From assembly GCA_964016885.1 (NCBI GenBank), contig OZ024753.1, forward strand, positions 45,942,001-46,006,000: a stretch of DNA of 64,000 nucleotides. The letters run 5' to 3'. Shown piece by piece: positions 15,546-30,629 of this stretch. Numbering within the stretch: the stretch's first letter is position 1; the number at the start of each line of letters is the position of its first letter. The DNA is from Eledone cirrhosa. Its lineage: Eukaryota. A model generated the notes under the pieces. It made no database searches. It was given only the letters and a program-made list of their open reading frames with translations, and was not told the origin of the DNA. Both the position numbers and the translations under genes were made by a program.

Positions 15546-16259
15546 ACGTGTGAGTGTATGTAACTATATATAAACATATAAATATACATAAATATATATA
15601 TATCTACATATATATATATATATATAAACATATACCTGTGTCTTCGTATGACGCAATGTAGCAGTAGTAGTAGTGTGCATATATAATAGCTGATGTATGT
15701 GAGTGCGTATCTACACTATCTTTATTTCGTGTCTATTGATAACTTTTTCAAGATTTCTATTCTAATGTCTTCACTGAGAAGATGAAACCTAAGTGTTTAG
15801 AGAATATTCCTTCTTATAGAAGCAATAAAAGACATTCAGACGAAAAGTGAAAACCGAATTTCCTTTTCGATACAATCCACCCTTCTCCTCCCTAGCAAAT
15901 AGATACATTGTTGTCCAAGGAGACTCTCCAGATTTTACTCCTTTCAATGGCTTTCATCTCTTTTCGTTTCCAACTTTTCTTGCCTCATTCATCATCTTAC
16001 TTCATCAATCTTTCATTTTCTCACATCCCCATCTCTCACTCTCACTCATTCTCTCCTTCTCACTCATTCTCTCTCTCTCGTTCTATCACGCTCTCCTTCT
16101 CACTCATTCTCTCCTCCCTCGTTCTATCACTCTCTCTCATTCTCTCCTCACTCATTCTATCATTCTCTCCTTCTCACTCTCGTCTTTATCTAGAAAGTCT
16201 TTCATTTCGTTCGTGCATTCATTGGTTTTCTTTGTAAATCCTCTCTACGATTATCAATA

Positions 16260-16432
16260 ATGCTACTACAACTACCACCACCACCATCGCTACTACTACC
16301 ACCACCACTACTGCTACAACTGCTGCTACTACTACTACAACTGCTACTACTACTACCACCACCACTACTGATACAATTGCTACTACTACTACTGATGCTA
16401 CTACTACCACCACTACTGCTACTCCAGCCACT
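16260..16432. repeat. Degenerate (CTA/CCA)n tract
   Basis: Direct reading. Confidence 0.9.
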
Positions 16433-16769
16433 GGATGCCGAACACATCAACACATAAATACAAATTATTTCGTGTTATTGTACACTAAAACAGTGACGAA
16501 ATAGAAATAGCAAGTAAGAGAAAGTAGACGATAGATGAGAAGAGAGACAAGAGACAAAAGACAAGAGATAAGTTAAGAACGATTCAACGAATTTGATTAT
16601 ACTTAACTTCCTTCCTTTAGATACTGAACTCTCTATTGTCTACAGAGTTTACATTAGGCAACTTAACATTTCTACGTTTTTCTCTTCCGAGATATTTCTT
16701 TTCAATTCTCACTTAAAACATTTTGTGAATATATTTACCACGTATACACATACGTTCAGAGGCGCCCAA

Positions 16770-16812
<43 letters not shown>

Positions 16813-16820
16813 CATACATA

Positions 16821-16901
16821 CAGGATGTCCACAAAATATGTCCACACACTTCAACAGCATTCTAATAAAAGTGTGTTAAGTTATTTTGTGGGGACACCCT
16901 G
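16821..16901. mobile_element. Tc1/mariner-type MITE, ~80 bp
   Basis: TIRs CAGGATGTCC/GGACACCCTG flanked by TA on both sides. Confidence 0.85.
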
Positions 16902-17259
16902 TATACATACATATACACACTTACACACAAACCGTGTGTGTGTGGGGGGGGGGGGGGGTAGTTTACTTGAGCATTGTGGCATGTGAGATACAATTACAAG
17001 TATGAAATAACGTTTGGAAGTTCGACAATCCGTGTTTGATAAAAATGCCAAATTAATAAGAAAGTAAAAGAAAAATAATACCACAGTGAACTACAAGAGT
17101 GAGGAAGATAGGAAGTTCCTATCTTCGAAATATATAATATAATCCGAAATATTTCGGGAAATACCATCCATTATCAAGGGTGTCCAGAGAGAAACGCGAG
17201 AAATATTGCAGGTGGCAGTTCGATTTATTTTATATATATATAGATATATGTATATATAA

Positions 17260-17493
17260 TCATCATCATTTTACATCCGCTTTTCCCTGCTTGCAAGGGT
17301 GGGAAGGGTCCTATTCAGCACAGCATCTCTCCACTTGTTACGGTCCTTCGTCATCTCCATCGTCAGCTTCAGCGATCTGAGGTCCACTCTCATCACCTCC
17401 GCCCATGTTTTTCGTGGTCTTCCTCTACTGCGTCTTCCTTCTACTGGAATTTTTTAGCACTTCTTTACCCAGCGGTCATCCTCCATGCGCATC

Positions 17494-17494
<1 letters not shown>
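17260..17494 (-). mobile_element. RTE-clade LINE 3' fragment
   Basis: Minus translation MRMEDDRWVKKC*KIPVEGRRSRGRPRKTWAEV...DRNKWRDAV followed by a (TGA)n tail. One premature stop. Confidence 0.88.
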
Positions 17495-17534
<40 letters not shown>

Positions 17535-19408
17535 GTATGTATGTATATATATGTATGTAGAGAGAGTGAGAGAGGTAGAGTTTGTGTATAAATGGAAAAG
17601 TTGCAATGTATAATATTCCGGTGTATTTATTAGTAAATTATGTTTACATCATCCTCACCCATCCTTTATCTCACTCTCCCACATTCTCATACTTCCTCTC
17701 CATTTCTCTGTTTTCCGTTAGTTTCTGATATTCTCATCAGTTTTATCACAGTCATCAGTAGCCGTCTCTCATGTCTTACAAACTAAACACTGGTTTAGTG
17801 AAATTGAAGATAAAGAAAATCTTGGCTTAACCACAAATGATAGCTTGTATTGTTAACTGTCATCAGAGTGTTTGTGTCATAGATATTCCAGATTACGTTC
17901 AAGAATTTGTCCTAAGCTCTTCCTAACATCTGCGTGTTGTGGGGGGGGGAGTCTGTTGGTGCTATGTTATTGGTCACCGCGGGTGGATATTTCATAATGT
18001 TACTTGCATTTTCTAATAATATAAGTACATATATATATATACAAGTACCTCTCTCTCTGTATATATATATGTATATATATGTAAATTTATCTATATATAT
18101 AGCCCACTGTGATGTGACATTAAATCCATTACCTTCCCAGTTTGATTTATATATTCTACATTCAGCACCATGTTCTAGAACGTGTCTTACCATTCTCATG
18201 GCGTTGGAGTAGAATTTTAAGAGAAGTTTGCCTTCTACCTCTAGACGTCTCCCATCCACATTCACATGTATTTTTGATTCAGCTTTAATATGAGTGTGGG
18301 AAAACATGATGTTTTTATCATTATATGTTTTATTTATTCAATGGTTGTTTGTTTGGTCTGGTGAATATTGCATTTTTTGAGTCAATATTTGGGAATTGTC
18401 ACGTTATATTTGGCTATCAATATACAAACGTAAAGCCTTTGACAAGAGGAATTTGATAGCAGAAATGTTGAATTATGCTTCGTTAGATGTGGTGATGTTG
18501 GCAATAACTCTGCACTGTATGAGGTTTATATGCTTATAATATTGATATTTACAGAGATATATTTTGTTGTTGATGTTTAGCTGTAGTTCATCCATCATGA
18601 AGCAGTTCTCTTGTGATCGAATTGCTTTCCACTACCTTGCTCAGTGTGTCTTTCAGAATAAACCCCTCTAAAGGTACGCCTGGCTTATGTTACAAGTGTA
18701 GGTTTCCCCTAGAAGGATAAATACATCTTTTATTTGCGAAGTCCCCGAAGAACTCCTGTGCACACACACACACACTATCTCTCCGCATCAATCTACCTTT
18801 ATGTGTGTGTATATATATATATGCGATCCCATCTCACGTATTATGTAAAGACGTATTAAGACAGACTGTTTCCCAAGGTTATGTAACGTTTATAAGATAA
18901 TAAAGTGTATATAATTACGTATCACCACATCTTCACTGGTTCGTTGAAATATGATAGAATGTGGAGGATAGGAACTGAGGTGGATACCAAATACCGTACA
19001 ACAATTGATGACTATCAAGAAGCAGTCGTAGGTAAACACAACAATTTAAAAGTTTTAGACACCCAAGGGATTAGATGTGGTTAAGGGTATTATTTATTCA
19101 AGAAGCTATCTCTTTACACAATCGTATTTAACACTTAGATGCACAGATAATTTTGTTGTTTACCGTTAAGCCTGGAGAATTCGGTCACAACGTTAAAACT
19201 CTAAATATGTTTATCTATTCACCATCATTAAATCTGTCACTATGTATCGCATTGGTTTCATTAATTAATTTAGATCTAGTTGAAATATATACAAGAAACT
19301 ATACGGTGATGGCTGCGTGGCTAAATTTCTTGTTTTGCAATCATGTTTCTAGGATCAATGTCAGTACAGGGATACCAAAGGAAAGTTTCTTGTTACACTA
19401 GCAACAAA

Positions 19409-19719
19409 TCTATATAAATAAAAGTCGAATAATGTCCGTCCGTGTGTCAGTCCGCTCGTGAGATAAATGAGTTAAATCGATGAAAAGGAGAGGCTGGAAA
19501 TTCTACGGTGAAAAAAGAAATCAAACAATATTTCAATTTTTGCACAAAGTTCTGTGTGAGTGTATATGAGACAGGGTATCAAATTACGGCAGTGCAGAGC
19601 TAGTGTGCCGTACTATGGCACTGAGCAGCTAGGGTGACACACTATGGAAATATGGAACTAGGATGTCGCAGTGTGACAATGGGGAGATAAGGTAGAAAAA
19701 TACGGCAATTCAGAGTTAG
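19409..19719 (+). mobile_element. Non-autonomous Helitron-like element with five 29-bp terminal tandem units
   Basis: A|TCTATATAAATAAAA start followed by TGTCCGTCCGT. Units end in CTAG or a variant at 19603, 19632, 19661, 19690 and 19719, then T. Confidence 0.5.
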
Positions 19720-21986
19720 TTTACAAATAAATCCCACTTTTACTCCCCCTCCTCCACCTTTTTCAAACCATCAGGAAACTGAAACATTACCTCTGAAGCT
19801 TAAGCAATTCTTGCACTTAATTCAACCTCCTGTATTCCATCGCTCATGACAACGGCCTCGATACACATGAAATTCTCCCCTTGATTCAGTGGACCTTCAT
19901 TCATATAGAGAGTGCACTACTCAGGCCTTCCTGACAGAAGCATTTTGTCAGTCTTCTCAACACTTGTCCTTTCTTGTTGTGTAACACTTGACTCGAAACG
20001 GATTCAGTGTATGTTGGTGATCAATATCCGATAAGTTAAGTAGTACCATTTCCTCAGCCGACTGATCCTATACACTGAATAATAGATTTTTTCCATCCTA
20101 CATCAAAATTTGAAACTTTAGAGTAAAGATGTTAGTATATCATAATCTGGATTTTTATTGAAATCTTCGCAAGAAATGTATTATTTCTGTCTTCTTATCG
20201 TATCTAGATTATTATGTTTCTCGTTTATCATTTTGTTGACAAAAATTCATAAACGTATGAATTAATTATTTGTAGAAAACACACCTTTCACATGAAACTT
20301 CGTATGTAATAGGAAGAGCTGAATTGATACATCGTGTATTGTCGTTCATGGATATGGCCTTCTGTTTTTGAGATATTTATCTAAAGAAAAGATTACAGAA
20401 TATCCATGCACACCATGGACAGAAATAATGAATAATTTGTTCTACAAGTAATGTTGATTCTCCTCTGTTACAACGTTATCTTCTTTATATTAATATATCT
20501 TTTCTAGAAAATTGTTCAATGTTTTCCCGCTCTCTTCCCTCTCTACGGGGGAAGCCTTCATCTCAATATTCGTTGAAACTAACGCTAAAGAGAAATGTTT
20601 AGTCAAACACACACGTCTCTAAAATAAGTTGCTTTACAAAATATATCCTCACGGACATAATCGTTTATCTCTGAATATGAAATTTATTCGAGGATAGAAC
20701 CCTGAAAGACTGAACATGAATATAAACATTTTATGTTGGCACACTTTATGAAATGATTTGAAAAACTTTTGAGAAACCTGTTCGCTGTTATACAAAATGA
20801 AAACACATTACTAGAGGATTTTATTGCTATTTTCATGTCAGGATTATTCAGAAAGTTTCTTTTGTTTATTCCACTTAATAATCTACACTAACAAATGTAG
20901 CAGTCATTTTAATACAATTTCTTATATTAATTCTGTTTTATTTCGAAATAATTACATTTCCAGGACAGAGAAAACTAAAACATAATAATTGCATTACCGT
21001 CCATTGTTTCAAAATTATTGCGGATTCGCAGATATCTTAACAATGAATCAGTCGTTGTTGGTGGCTACTAATTATTGAGGGCAATCGTAGCTATATAGCA
21101 ACACATTGTTTATCTTATCGATTTTACACACTTGAAACACTAACCTTATTTTAATTGGTCTGCTGCAAGCCTCGGCCTACGAGATCATTCTCCTCTCAAT
21201 GGATATAAATGAGGACTGTCAATGCTATCAGTGTTGCTAACTTTATCATCTTAAGTATAAAAATAAACAACACAAAACGAAACAAAACTAACAATGAAAG
21301 AAAGAAAACCTATAAAATAAGATAAAACATCAGAAATAAATACGGAATTAATCATTTTTTCAAACGACCAATCATGCACAAGGTCAGTAGTCATCTCTTA
21401 TTTCCTTTAACGCTGAACAAATGAATAACAAATATATATGAAACACTGCTCCGGATGTTATCTTATTGATAGTTAATTCCACAGATCAAGGTTACTTTGT
21501 CCACGCAATTTAATGGAGAAACCGTCACAAAATGTTTTCTTTTTCATCTTATTTTAATCCAGAAGAGGTAGCGAGGATGTACACTAAATGTGCTAAAAAA
21601 GAAACTTAAATGAAGTGAAATATATAATCAAATAAATGAAATATGTGATCAGACATATATGAGTATAATATGCACGTCCCTCTCTGTATATATGTATATA
21701 TATATATAGAGAGAGAGAACGAGAGTGAGAGAGACAAACAGACAGAGAAATAGATAGCTGGCTAGATAAATAGATATATAAGGCTCTGTCGTAGTTTGCT
21801 CGAAGCATTGTTTAAAGTCTAGAAGATCGTGAAGGTTAACACAATGAGAATCTATTGTCTCTATTCATCATGGATATAGATCGAACAAAATACATTGAAG
21901 TCTTGAAATATTGCTTTATCCATGTTTACGTGAAGAAACACTTCACCACTCCATTACCAGATATCAATAAAATAAGAAGCAATATA

Positions 21987-22065
21987 AAGGTTGTCCCACA
22001 AAAATGTATACATAATTGAACAGCAGATAACTCAAAGTATATATACATTTTTGGGGGACACCCTA
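21987..22065. mobile_element. Tc1/mariner-type MITE copy
   Basis: AAGGTTGTCCCACAAAAATGTATA ... TATACATTTTTGGGGGACACCCT. Confidence 0.8.
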
Positions 22066-23968
22066 TATATATTGATATGTATTTGATCGACGAAACAAAC
22101 TCCGATATTTCGTGACCCAGCTCGGTTGAATTACATATAATGAAACCAGTAAATGAAGAAAGAAACGCCGTAATGTGTATTCCATTCATTTCCTATTAAA
22201 CGAGAATAGAGGTACGAGATGATGAGAAGCCATGCTAAACAGCCTCAGTACAACCATGATCAAATATGCCAATAATAAGATTTAAAAAGTAAAATATTCA
22301 AACCATGCATACATATAAATCTGCTGAAAAGAAACGATAATACCAGAACGTGTTCTGAGTGAATAATGCTTCAGATAATCATCCTCATTTGTCAATAATT
22401 GAGTATTTATGCTGCCAGCAAAACCTTTTCGATTTTGAGGATATCAGAATGTCTTCCCCGAGTCAATAATTTTATATTTATATATTCTATTTGTTTTGTT
22501 TTATTTTGTTGGTCTTTTTTCGATAACAAGGCTTTTAGCATCGTCGTAAATGTTCTTTTCTCGTAATATTTTGTTGCTTTTGTCCTCTAATCATCGATTT
22601 GCGTTGAATTTATAAGTTAATGCATTATAGACGAAAAATGCGCCTGAAGTTTCACCATACTTTTGTGTATTAAAGTATAGAGATTGTAGCGATGGAAATT
22701 AAGTGTCCCTCGTAAACTAGAAAAAAGATATATGAGATAGTAATTCTACATGATTACACATAAACCGGAATTACACAACAAAACATGAAAATATTTGAAA
22801 TATATTATTCTAACGTATGTCATATTCTTTGTGTGATTTGCTAAAGTATTAGGGATTGTTTAAAGAAAATCTGCTGTTGTAACCTACAGCAATCTGGAAA
22901 TATAAATTAAGGATTGGCTTGATTAATTAAGCTGATTTATCCTTTATCCTTGGGCTAGCTTAGCACCAAGCTAGGTTTTCCTTAAACATTGTATATATAT
23001 ATATATATATAATGTCTGTGTGTGCTTGTCTATATGTGAATATATATACATATGTGTGGGTGTGTGTGAGTAAGAGAGAGAGAGAGAGAAAGAATGAGTG
23101 AGAGACCATGTTTCTTATTGAGATGAAAGGCCAACACTTTAATGGAGGTGGTACAGATGGAACATAACGCCACTGTTATACAAAAAATACACAACATTTT
23201 AGTAGAACTGAAATCTAATAAACAAGTCACAGTAAACATGATTTCACATATCAATTATTAGTGTAGGTAGACGTTTCAGGTCTTGTGAACTACAGGAAAC
23301 CGAGTTCCAACGACCTCTTCATATTTTTAAACTTTCTCCATTTCTATGATAGATATATATTGTCGTCTGCGGAGATTGATATAACCACGAACTATAAATA
23401 TATCTAAATTAATATCTTGATAATATATATTTATTAATGAAATATTTTTATTTATTATACGAGCTTAATGTTCATTTTCTACGGCGGTGGATTGAGAAAA
23501 TCAGGAGAGCGCCGACCAGTGTACAACCAGCCAACCGTTGCTTGTTTTCAGGAGGACCCTTTTTGTTGCAAACATTCCATCAACGTCTCCTGTTTTAGAA
23601 TAACTTGCTTCCTCCCTTCTACCATTGTTTGAAGACAACGTAAATGTTTATGGATACTGTGCTTCCTTCCGCGAGTAAACAGTAAAACAACTACAACAAC
23701 GACCACAACAACGAGGTAGTCTTTGTACAGTTGTTATATTTGCCAATACTGCCATATCATCCTAAAATATCTTATCGATAAGGCAGTACAACCAATGGTG
23801 GAGAGGAAAAAAGGGAATAAACATGGTTTGTAAGTCTCTAGTCTTAGCTGGCATGTGTGGAAGCAACAAAAGGAACAAAACAATATCATCAGAACAAAAC
23901 AAACTTGATGGTAGATATAGATTTTTACATTCTTCTGCGTACGCCAGACAATATACGACCAAATACTG

Positions 23969-24018
<50 letters not shown>

Positions 24019-24482
24019 GTTTGACTGTAGGTTTGTATTGATTGTACTAAATGTCTCTAGGACTGTAAACGATATCTATATTATTTTTAGTACTAATAAA
24101 ACAGCACTGGTGTAAATACTACAGAATTGTGCCTGGGAAATATATTTAACATCGTTGCTATCATTTAACAATCATTAAGAGAATTTCAGATATAGACGAA
24201 ATAACCTATAAGGTCACTGACACGTGGGTCAATCTGACATAAGAACAATTCGCAATCCATATTTATCTCTGGGAATTGGCAGATATACTAGAGGGTAAAT
24301 TTATTACACAAATCCCACTATACCATCATAAAACAAGAACTATAAACATTTCATCTTTTGTTGAAATGTGTTTTAAATGTAAAGAGGATGTTGTTCCAGG
24401 TGAAATGTCATTGACCATAGGTCTACCTGAACATTGGACAAATTTAACCTAAAGATTTCTATAGCAAGCAGGAGTTTATATA

Positions 24483-24545
24483 CAAGGTGTCCCACAAAAT
24501 GTATACATACTTCAACAACATTCTAATCAAAGTGTGTATACATTG
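24483..24545. mobile_element. Tc1/mariner-type MITE copy, right TIR lost
   Basis: TA-CAAGGTGTCCCACAAAATG...CTTCAACAACATTCTAATCAAAGTGTGT matches the 16821 copy. Confidence 0.75.
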
Positions 24546-24947
24546 TTCAGGTACACACACACACATGTATATATATGTTGGAGTGTATAGAAACAATTTC
24601 ATATACATTATTGGTTATTTTCTGTTCCTTTCATTACACAAGAATATATTGAGACGTATCCTAATATCTTGCAACAATCTATCATATAGTTTATATTCAA
24701 TAGTAATTCAGATTTCTGAAACACATTGTTTACAGAAAATATTAGTGACCATTCTAGCAAAAATATTGGATAGATTCCTCATTAACAAATGATTCTGTTT
24801 ACAGATACTCGTTCAGATATTAATATTAGGAGCTTAGTTTATTTTATCGGAACACAGACCCCTAATTAAACAGTTTTAACTTGATGATGAAATAATGAAA
24901 CTTAAATTATTACAGAATTATCGGATATATATATATATATATATATA

Positions 24948-25066
24948 ACGAAGGAGGAGTGGTAAGGCACCAGAGGGAACATTACTACCCTAAGTATTGA
25001 GTACTCTGGTGCGTTGAGTGGGTAATAGGAAAATGTTTAACCCCATCGGGGTTAAACATTTTCCTG
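24948..25066. mobile_element. (TA)n-embedded mini-element, copy B of the 630-806 family
   Basis: Shares GTGGTAAGG(A/C)ACCAGA and GTAATAGGAAAATGT...TCGGGGTTAAACATTTT with copy A. Contains a perfect 18-bp-arm hairpin at 25027-25065. Confidence 0.75.
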
Positions 25067-27394
25067 TATATATATATATATATATATATATATTGGCTTC
25101 GTTTTTTAATTTATATAATTGTTGCATGACATAGAAAGGGATAAGCGATCCCTGGTGAATATATTATGTGAGATCAAACGAGTTTCTTGAATACACATTC
25201 CAGAGTTTTTTTGGGGTAGACCTCCGCCAATTCCAACGACGAAGGCACTAGTTTATTTAACTGGTGCACTTGCTCAATCACGTTTCCACTTCAAAATCCG
25301 AAGCTCCTGCCTCTTATAAGAGACAAAGGTATCCAATTTGATCGACACTACTAACAACCTAAGATCCAATATTTTATTCATGTGTTCTCTTTTGACACGG
25401 AGAATACAAATATGTTTAATAAACATATTTCACATGACATCAATATGCATATTCAATCGTAACCACGGTACGTTGGTCTTTCTGTTATATATATACACAC
25501 ACACACAGGCGCGCGCGCGTGCGTGCGTGCGTGCGTGCGTCTATCTATGTGTGTGTGATTGTACATGTTTGTGTATCATGTGTGTTTACGTGTATTTTTA
25601 TTCTAGTAATAAAGCCAATACTTTCAGATCATCGTTCCCCAGTCGATATCTGCTTGGATGTCAATCAATGTGAATACCAGGTATCCTTAGTGTACATCAA
25701 GTGACAGCATTGCTGTCTCGTAAATCATAACATAAATCTAAGCAAACTTATCTATTCTTGCTAGAAATTCCTCGGAGAATATCTTACATCCAATCAGTTA
25801 AATATACTTTTGGATAGCGAAATATAACTGCATGTGTTACGGATTCCTTCATACAATAAACTAAATTATAATGCACTCTTACATGTGTTGTTGTTGGTGG
25901 TGGCGGTGGTTTTGTAGGTAGTGTTGGTGGTGCTGGTGCTGGTGGTGGTGTTAATAACGTTGTTGTTAACACTGCTATGGAGCCCCAGGTTAGGTCTGAT
26001 TGAGTAAACCCTTCATAAAAATTGTCGGGGGCCACTAACATCTAATATTTCATATATCTAGCCAGTAGGAATATACAAATAATAATATCTCTATCTCTTA
26101 CTCTCTTTCACCGAAACCACTTAATCCTTTATGACACACATACTTCAAACAAAAACTGCCCTCATGATTATGTAGATAGCCTAATATGCAGGTCCCTCTC
26201 TCAGAGGGAGATACAAAAAAAAAAACACGTAACATGTGAAAGTTAGGTTTTGACTACTGAGGAATCGGCTGACATTTCATATAGTTCAATCAACATAGAT
26301 TCTATCACAATTGCTCATACCTAGCAATATATTAGATCCATTACACTGCAGACAATTGATAGTTTTGTAGGGTGCGTGTATATTCCTTTCTATATATGTC
26401 ATTAGTATTGCGAGAATACTTACAAATCATGCTCTCAACGCTAAGGGTTGTTTTATTTACGGGGTGTAAAACAACCTCGCAGTGACGTACCCCTGTTGGG
26501 AATTCGATCTTATATTTTATAATTGCTCACATACCGATGGATATATATTATATATATATATATATATATAGTTATCGAGACGATAGTAAATACATTTTCT
26601 ATAGGCCGGCTGCTCTGAAATTACTCAATAAGAAATAGTTTGAGCTTATAGGCGAGCCACCATTCTCAGAGTGCTAACAAAATGTATATTTGTAATGAAG
26701 CGGTTGCACGTTGTGTATGTATATATATATATATATATATACATATGTGTGTGTGTGTGTTGTTAATGAATGTGGCAACACTAGGAAGTTCCTATAAAGT
26801 CCTCATTAATAGAGAAATCTCTACAACCTATACCCACCTTGCAATTATGAATTGAATATATTTAATTAAAATATAGAGATGTAAATAAACAGTTTTAATT
26901 GGCTCTCAGAAATGTGTTATTTCGAAGATATTAATGGTTGTCTAATGAATGTACAGAGTTGTTGACTGTAACCCTTAGTCACATTGGTTTATATATATAC
27001 ATACATACATAGACACACACACACACACGTGTGTATGCGTGTGTGTGTAAAGTTTGTATATATAATTCACGTATGTATATACATATACATATATATGTGT
27101 GTGTATATATCAATATATCTGCATTGGTTCTTTCAAATATTACTGTATCACTTTGAACATAATTTTTCTTTTTTATCAGAAAATAATATTAATGAGTTGG
27201 ATCACTATCGGTTTCGATGATGTGTATTCATGTTGATTGATCAACTCAACTAATTATTTATTATATTGAAGAGTTAATGGTTGAGTATTTCTATGGTACT
27301 TGTAATGTCAACTTTATTCTCAGGGCCTTTTTATCCTAGCACGTTGTATAACAAAACCTATCATTTGAATTAATATTTACACACCCATTAACTC

Positions 27395-27575
27395 TTCCCG
27401 TCGGACGGGGAGATCTCCCATCCACTTTGGGGTCGGTGAGAGATGTCTTCTCTTGTGAAAATGGGTATAGCTTTCATTATGTAAAATCTCCCCATTTTGC
27501 CTTATCTCTCCCCCATTTTGGGGCACTTACTTTCATGGTCTTCCCCGTTTAGGTTTTTATAGGTTGGCATGTCTG
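27395..27575 (-). mobile_element. DNA transposon (hAT-like) terminal fragment
   Basis: Minus-strand end CAGACATGCCAACC with subterminal CTCCCCCATTTTG repeats. Only one end is seen. Confidence 0.5.
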
Positions 27576-29813
27576 TATTTAAGTTCTAAGGAGCTATGGC
27601 ATGGTTTCTCTATACAACCTTCCAATTTTTATATATTTTCTGTGTTATTTGAAGATCATTATATTTCCATGTCCTCAATAGTCACCAATTTCTTAACCAT
27701 CTTCTTGTACTGACTTTACCTCTTGCTGCAGTTACATTGATTCTTCCTCAGTGTTCTCTCTAATTTCTATTTTTTTTCAAATATTTCGCTCGATTAAATT
27801 CTCTAAGTATCTTCTTTGCAACAAGTAGTATTTTACCTATATTTCACCTGTGTTTTTTGTTTATATATATCAATATCAGTTTTACTCTATCGTCTATACG
27901 CATTGCTGTAATTTTCGGCGTTCGAATAAATTGTTCATGTATTGCAAGTATTATCTATAGGTTTCGAATGTTACTAAATTATCTTTGTTCTTTTTTTACT
28001 GTCTTCATATACATCATTTTTCCTGCGAGTTAAAAATGAATGAGAGATAATACAATAAAATAGTTTCAGTATCTTGCTTTGAAGCAACAAATCATTTCCA
28101 ATTAGGAGGTTATTTGATTCAATTTATCTCTAGAATATCCCAGATTTTATTTTATCTTTGAAAATTATCTCCCTTGGAATGACATTAATTGTCAATATCA
28201 CTTGTATATCAACTGGAATTTATATTTGAAATATTAAGCTGTTTATATGTCAAGAGTAGATATTTGCATTAAATTGTAACTGATTGCTTTCACATTCCTC
28301 TTCTGTGAAGTTCCTCACCCCTCCCTTACTGTCATGGACTTCCTGCGATAGAATATATCTAACGACATCTATATACCATTTCCTAGCTCGTTCAACGACA
28401 AGCAAGTAACGTTATAATTCTTCGAATATTTTACTGCGATGCCAAGCAAGAATGACTAAAAATCGAATGTCTATAATTATAACAGAGGAAGGTAAACAAA
28501 ATGAATACCAAATGAAAACGCTGGAATTAGAGATAAAAAGTTACATCATTCCACACCACACCACACATACAGAATCAACAAACTGCAGAATATATTTTCA
28601 GCGACAACTGTAAAAGTAATGTATGTGTGATAAGGAACGGCATGTAATAGCTGCTGTGAAATATAAAATAAAATTGCTTACAATTAATACGTTTATATCT
28701 TCAGCATCGTTGCAGGTATTTTAACAAAGAATTAATTTATCATTATTTTTACGTAGCTGATCTAATTTAAGCCTGTTTTAATGCCAATATGTTCTTTCTG
28801 TGATTAATTGAAGTGAAAATAAAACGGAAAACGAACAAGGAAAAAGGAAAATTGGAAAGCCAAGTAAGAATAAATTAATAAAAACATGAATACAATTGCA
28901 AAGCAAACTTGACAAATTTGCTAACTAGAAAGATTTTATGTTTCACTCAGAGGGAAATTAATTTTATTACAGTGTGCAGTGTTACGTTCAATTGCTTATG
29001 TTGACTATACTATCTCCTTTAACAAAACTACGTGACATAAAATTAGTAGCATTTGTAATATTGTTAATCCCATCAATTCTTGGCTACAGAATCAATCATT
29101 AATTATTGTACATATATACATATACACAAAAGTGTATGGAAACACACAGAAATTCAGCTCTAAGCACACATAAATAGTGAGCCAATAAGAAAACGTCATG
29201 CGGTTGCCTGGTCTGCTAGATATGGCAGCTAGGCTTCACACAAATGATAATTCTAAAAATCCATGGCATGTTACTTAGTATTATCCTAGGTTCACTCACT
29301 TATAAAAAAAATGATACTGAAAGATAGAACACATTCCATCATAGATTTATTCGGTTTGCAGCTGATCTGCGTCTTAACTTATGTGTGTATTGCTTGGGTC
29401 GAGGAACGATTCATATGTATTCCTAGTTTTATTATACAAAATATTGTAAGTCAGGTGGACCATCTCACATAGGAATATGTTTTCATAGCAAATATCCAAA
29501 ATACGTATTTTTTAATATTTGAAATTTTCTGTAATTGATATAATTATGTAAGAATTTAGTAAATCAATCGCGTTCACTTTTTGGCTGGAGTTTTTGAAAT
29601 GAATTACTACAATATTCCATGAATGTTATAGAGGAATTTTAGAAAACTGGTGGCACTCTTCCAGCAGTGATAATATATCTTCGTATTGGAGACGAAAACG
29701 TCAGATATGTTTTGTAAACTTCTATTGAAAAATAGGGAAAATTGCATAATTTCTTCAGCTACCCTCAAGATTGTTGCCAAATTCACGTTAGGCGGATAAT
29801 TGGTGAAAGAAGG

Positions 29814-29853
<40 letters not shown>

Positions 29854-30356
29854 CCTTATTTACATAAAGATATAAAATACAAGCACAAATAAATATATAT
29901 ATATATATGATTGTATTATATATATTATATATATTTAAGTAAATAAGGGTTACTCTTGAAAACACATGCTATACCTAATAAATAGGATCACATGGAAACC
30001 AATAATACTGTGTTTAAAAGAGAATTCAGTACACAATAACTGGCATAAGACCAAATAATTCTGGTAGTAGCACCACATTTAGTTTTAAAGAAACCCAACC
30101 AATTTGCAGTATGTTCTACTATTGACGTTTCAAACTGAATATGTTGATGTTCTACTGTAAAGGATATTAAAGTTAGAAAAGTTAAATTACCTAAGTATAC
30201 TATGTGTGTTGACTACATACACATAGAACTCACAAAGCATATAATTACTCTAATTTATACCTTTATTTAAAGCTAGTGTGCTAAGAACTTTTTTGGCCCT
30301 ATTAGCCGTGTCTATGTGATATATAAACAGATTGAAGAAAGAATCTCGAGTATATC

Positions 30357-30460
30357 CAGGGTGTCCTCCAAAAACAATGTATATACGCTTTGATTACCTG
30401 TACAGGCAATATTTATTGGAATGCTGTTGTAGTATGAATACATTTTTGGGGGACACCCTG
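30357..30460. mobile_element. Tc1/mariner-type MITE copy, ~104 bp
   Basis: CAGGGTGTCC ... GGGGACACCCTG-TA. The interior is the reverse complement of the 16821 copy's interior plus extra sequence. Confidence 0.85.
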
Positions 30461-30582
30461 TATATATATATATTTAGAATATATATGTTCATGTTCATCT
30501 AATGCTTAAAACTTTCGATATGTTTACGGATCTGAAATTCAAAATATCACCCCATTCTTCGACATAAACATAGGAATAAAAC

Positions 30583-30629
<47 letters not shown>

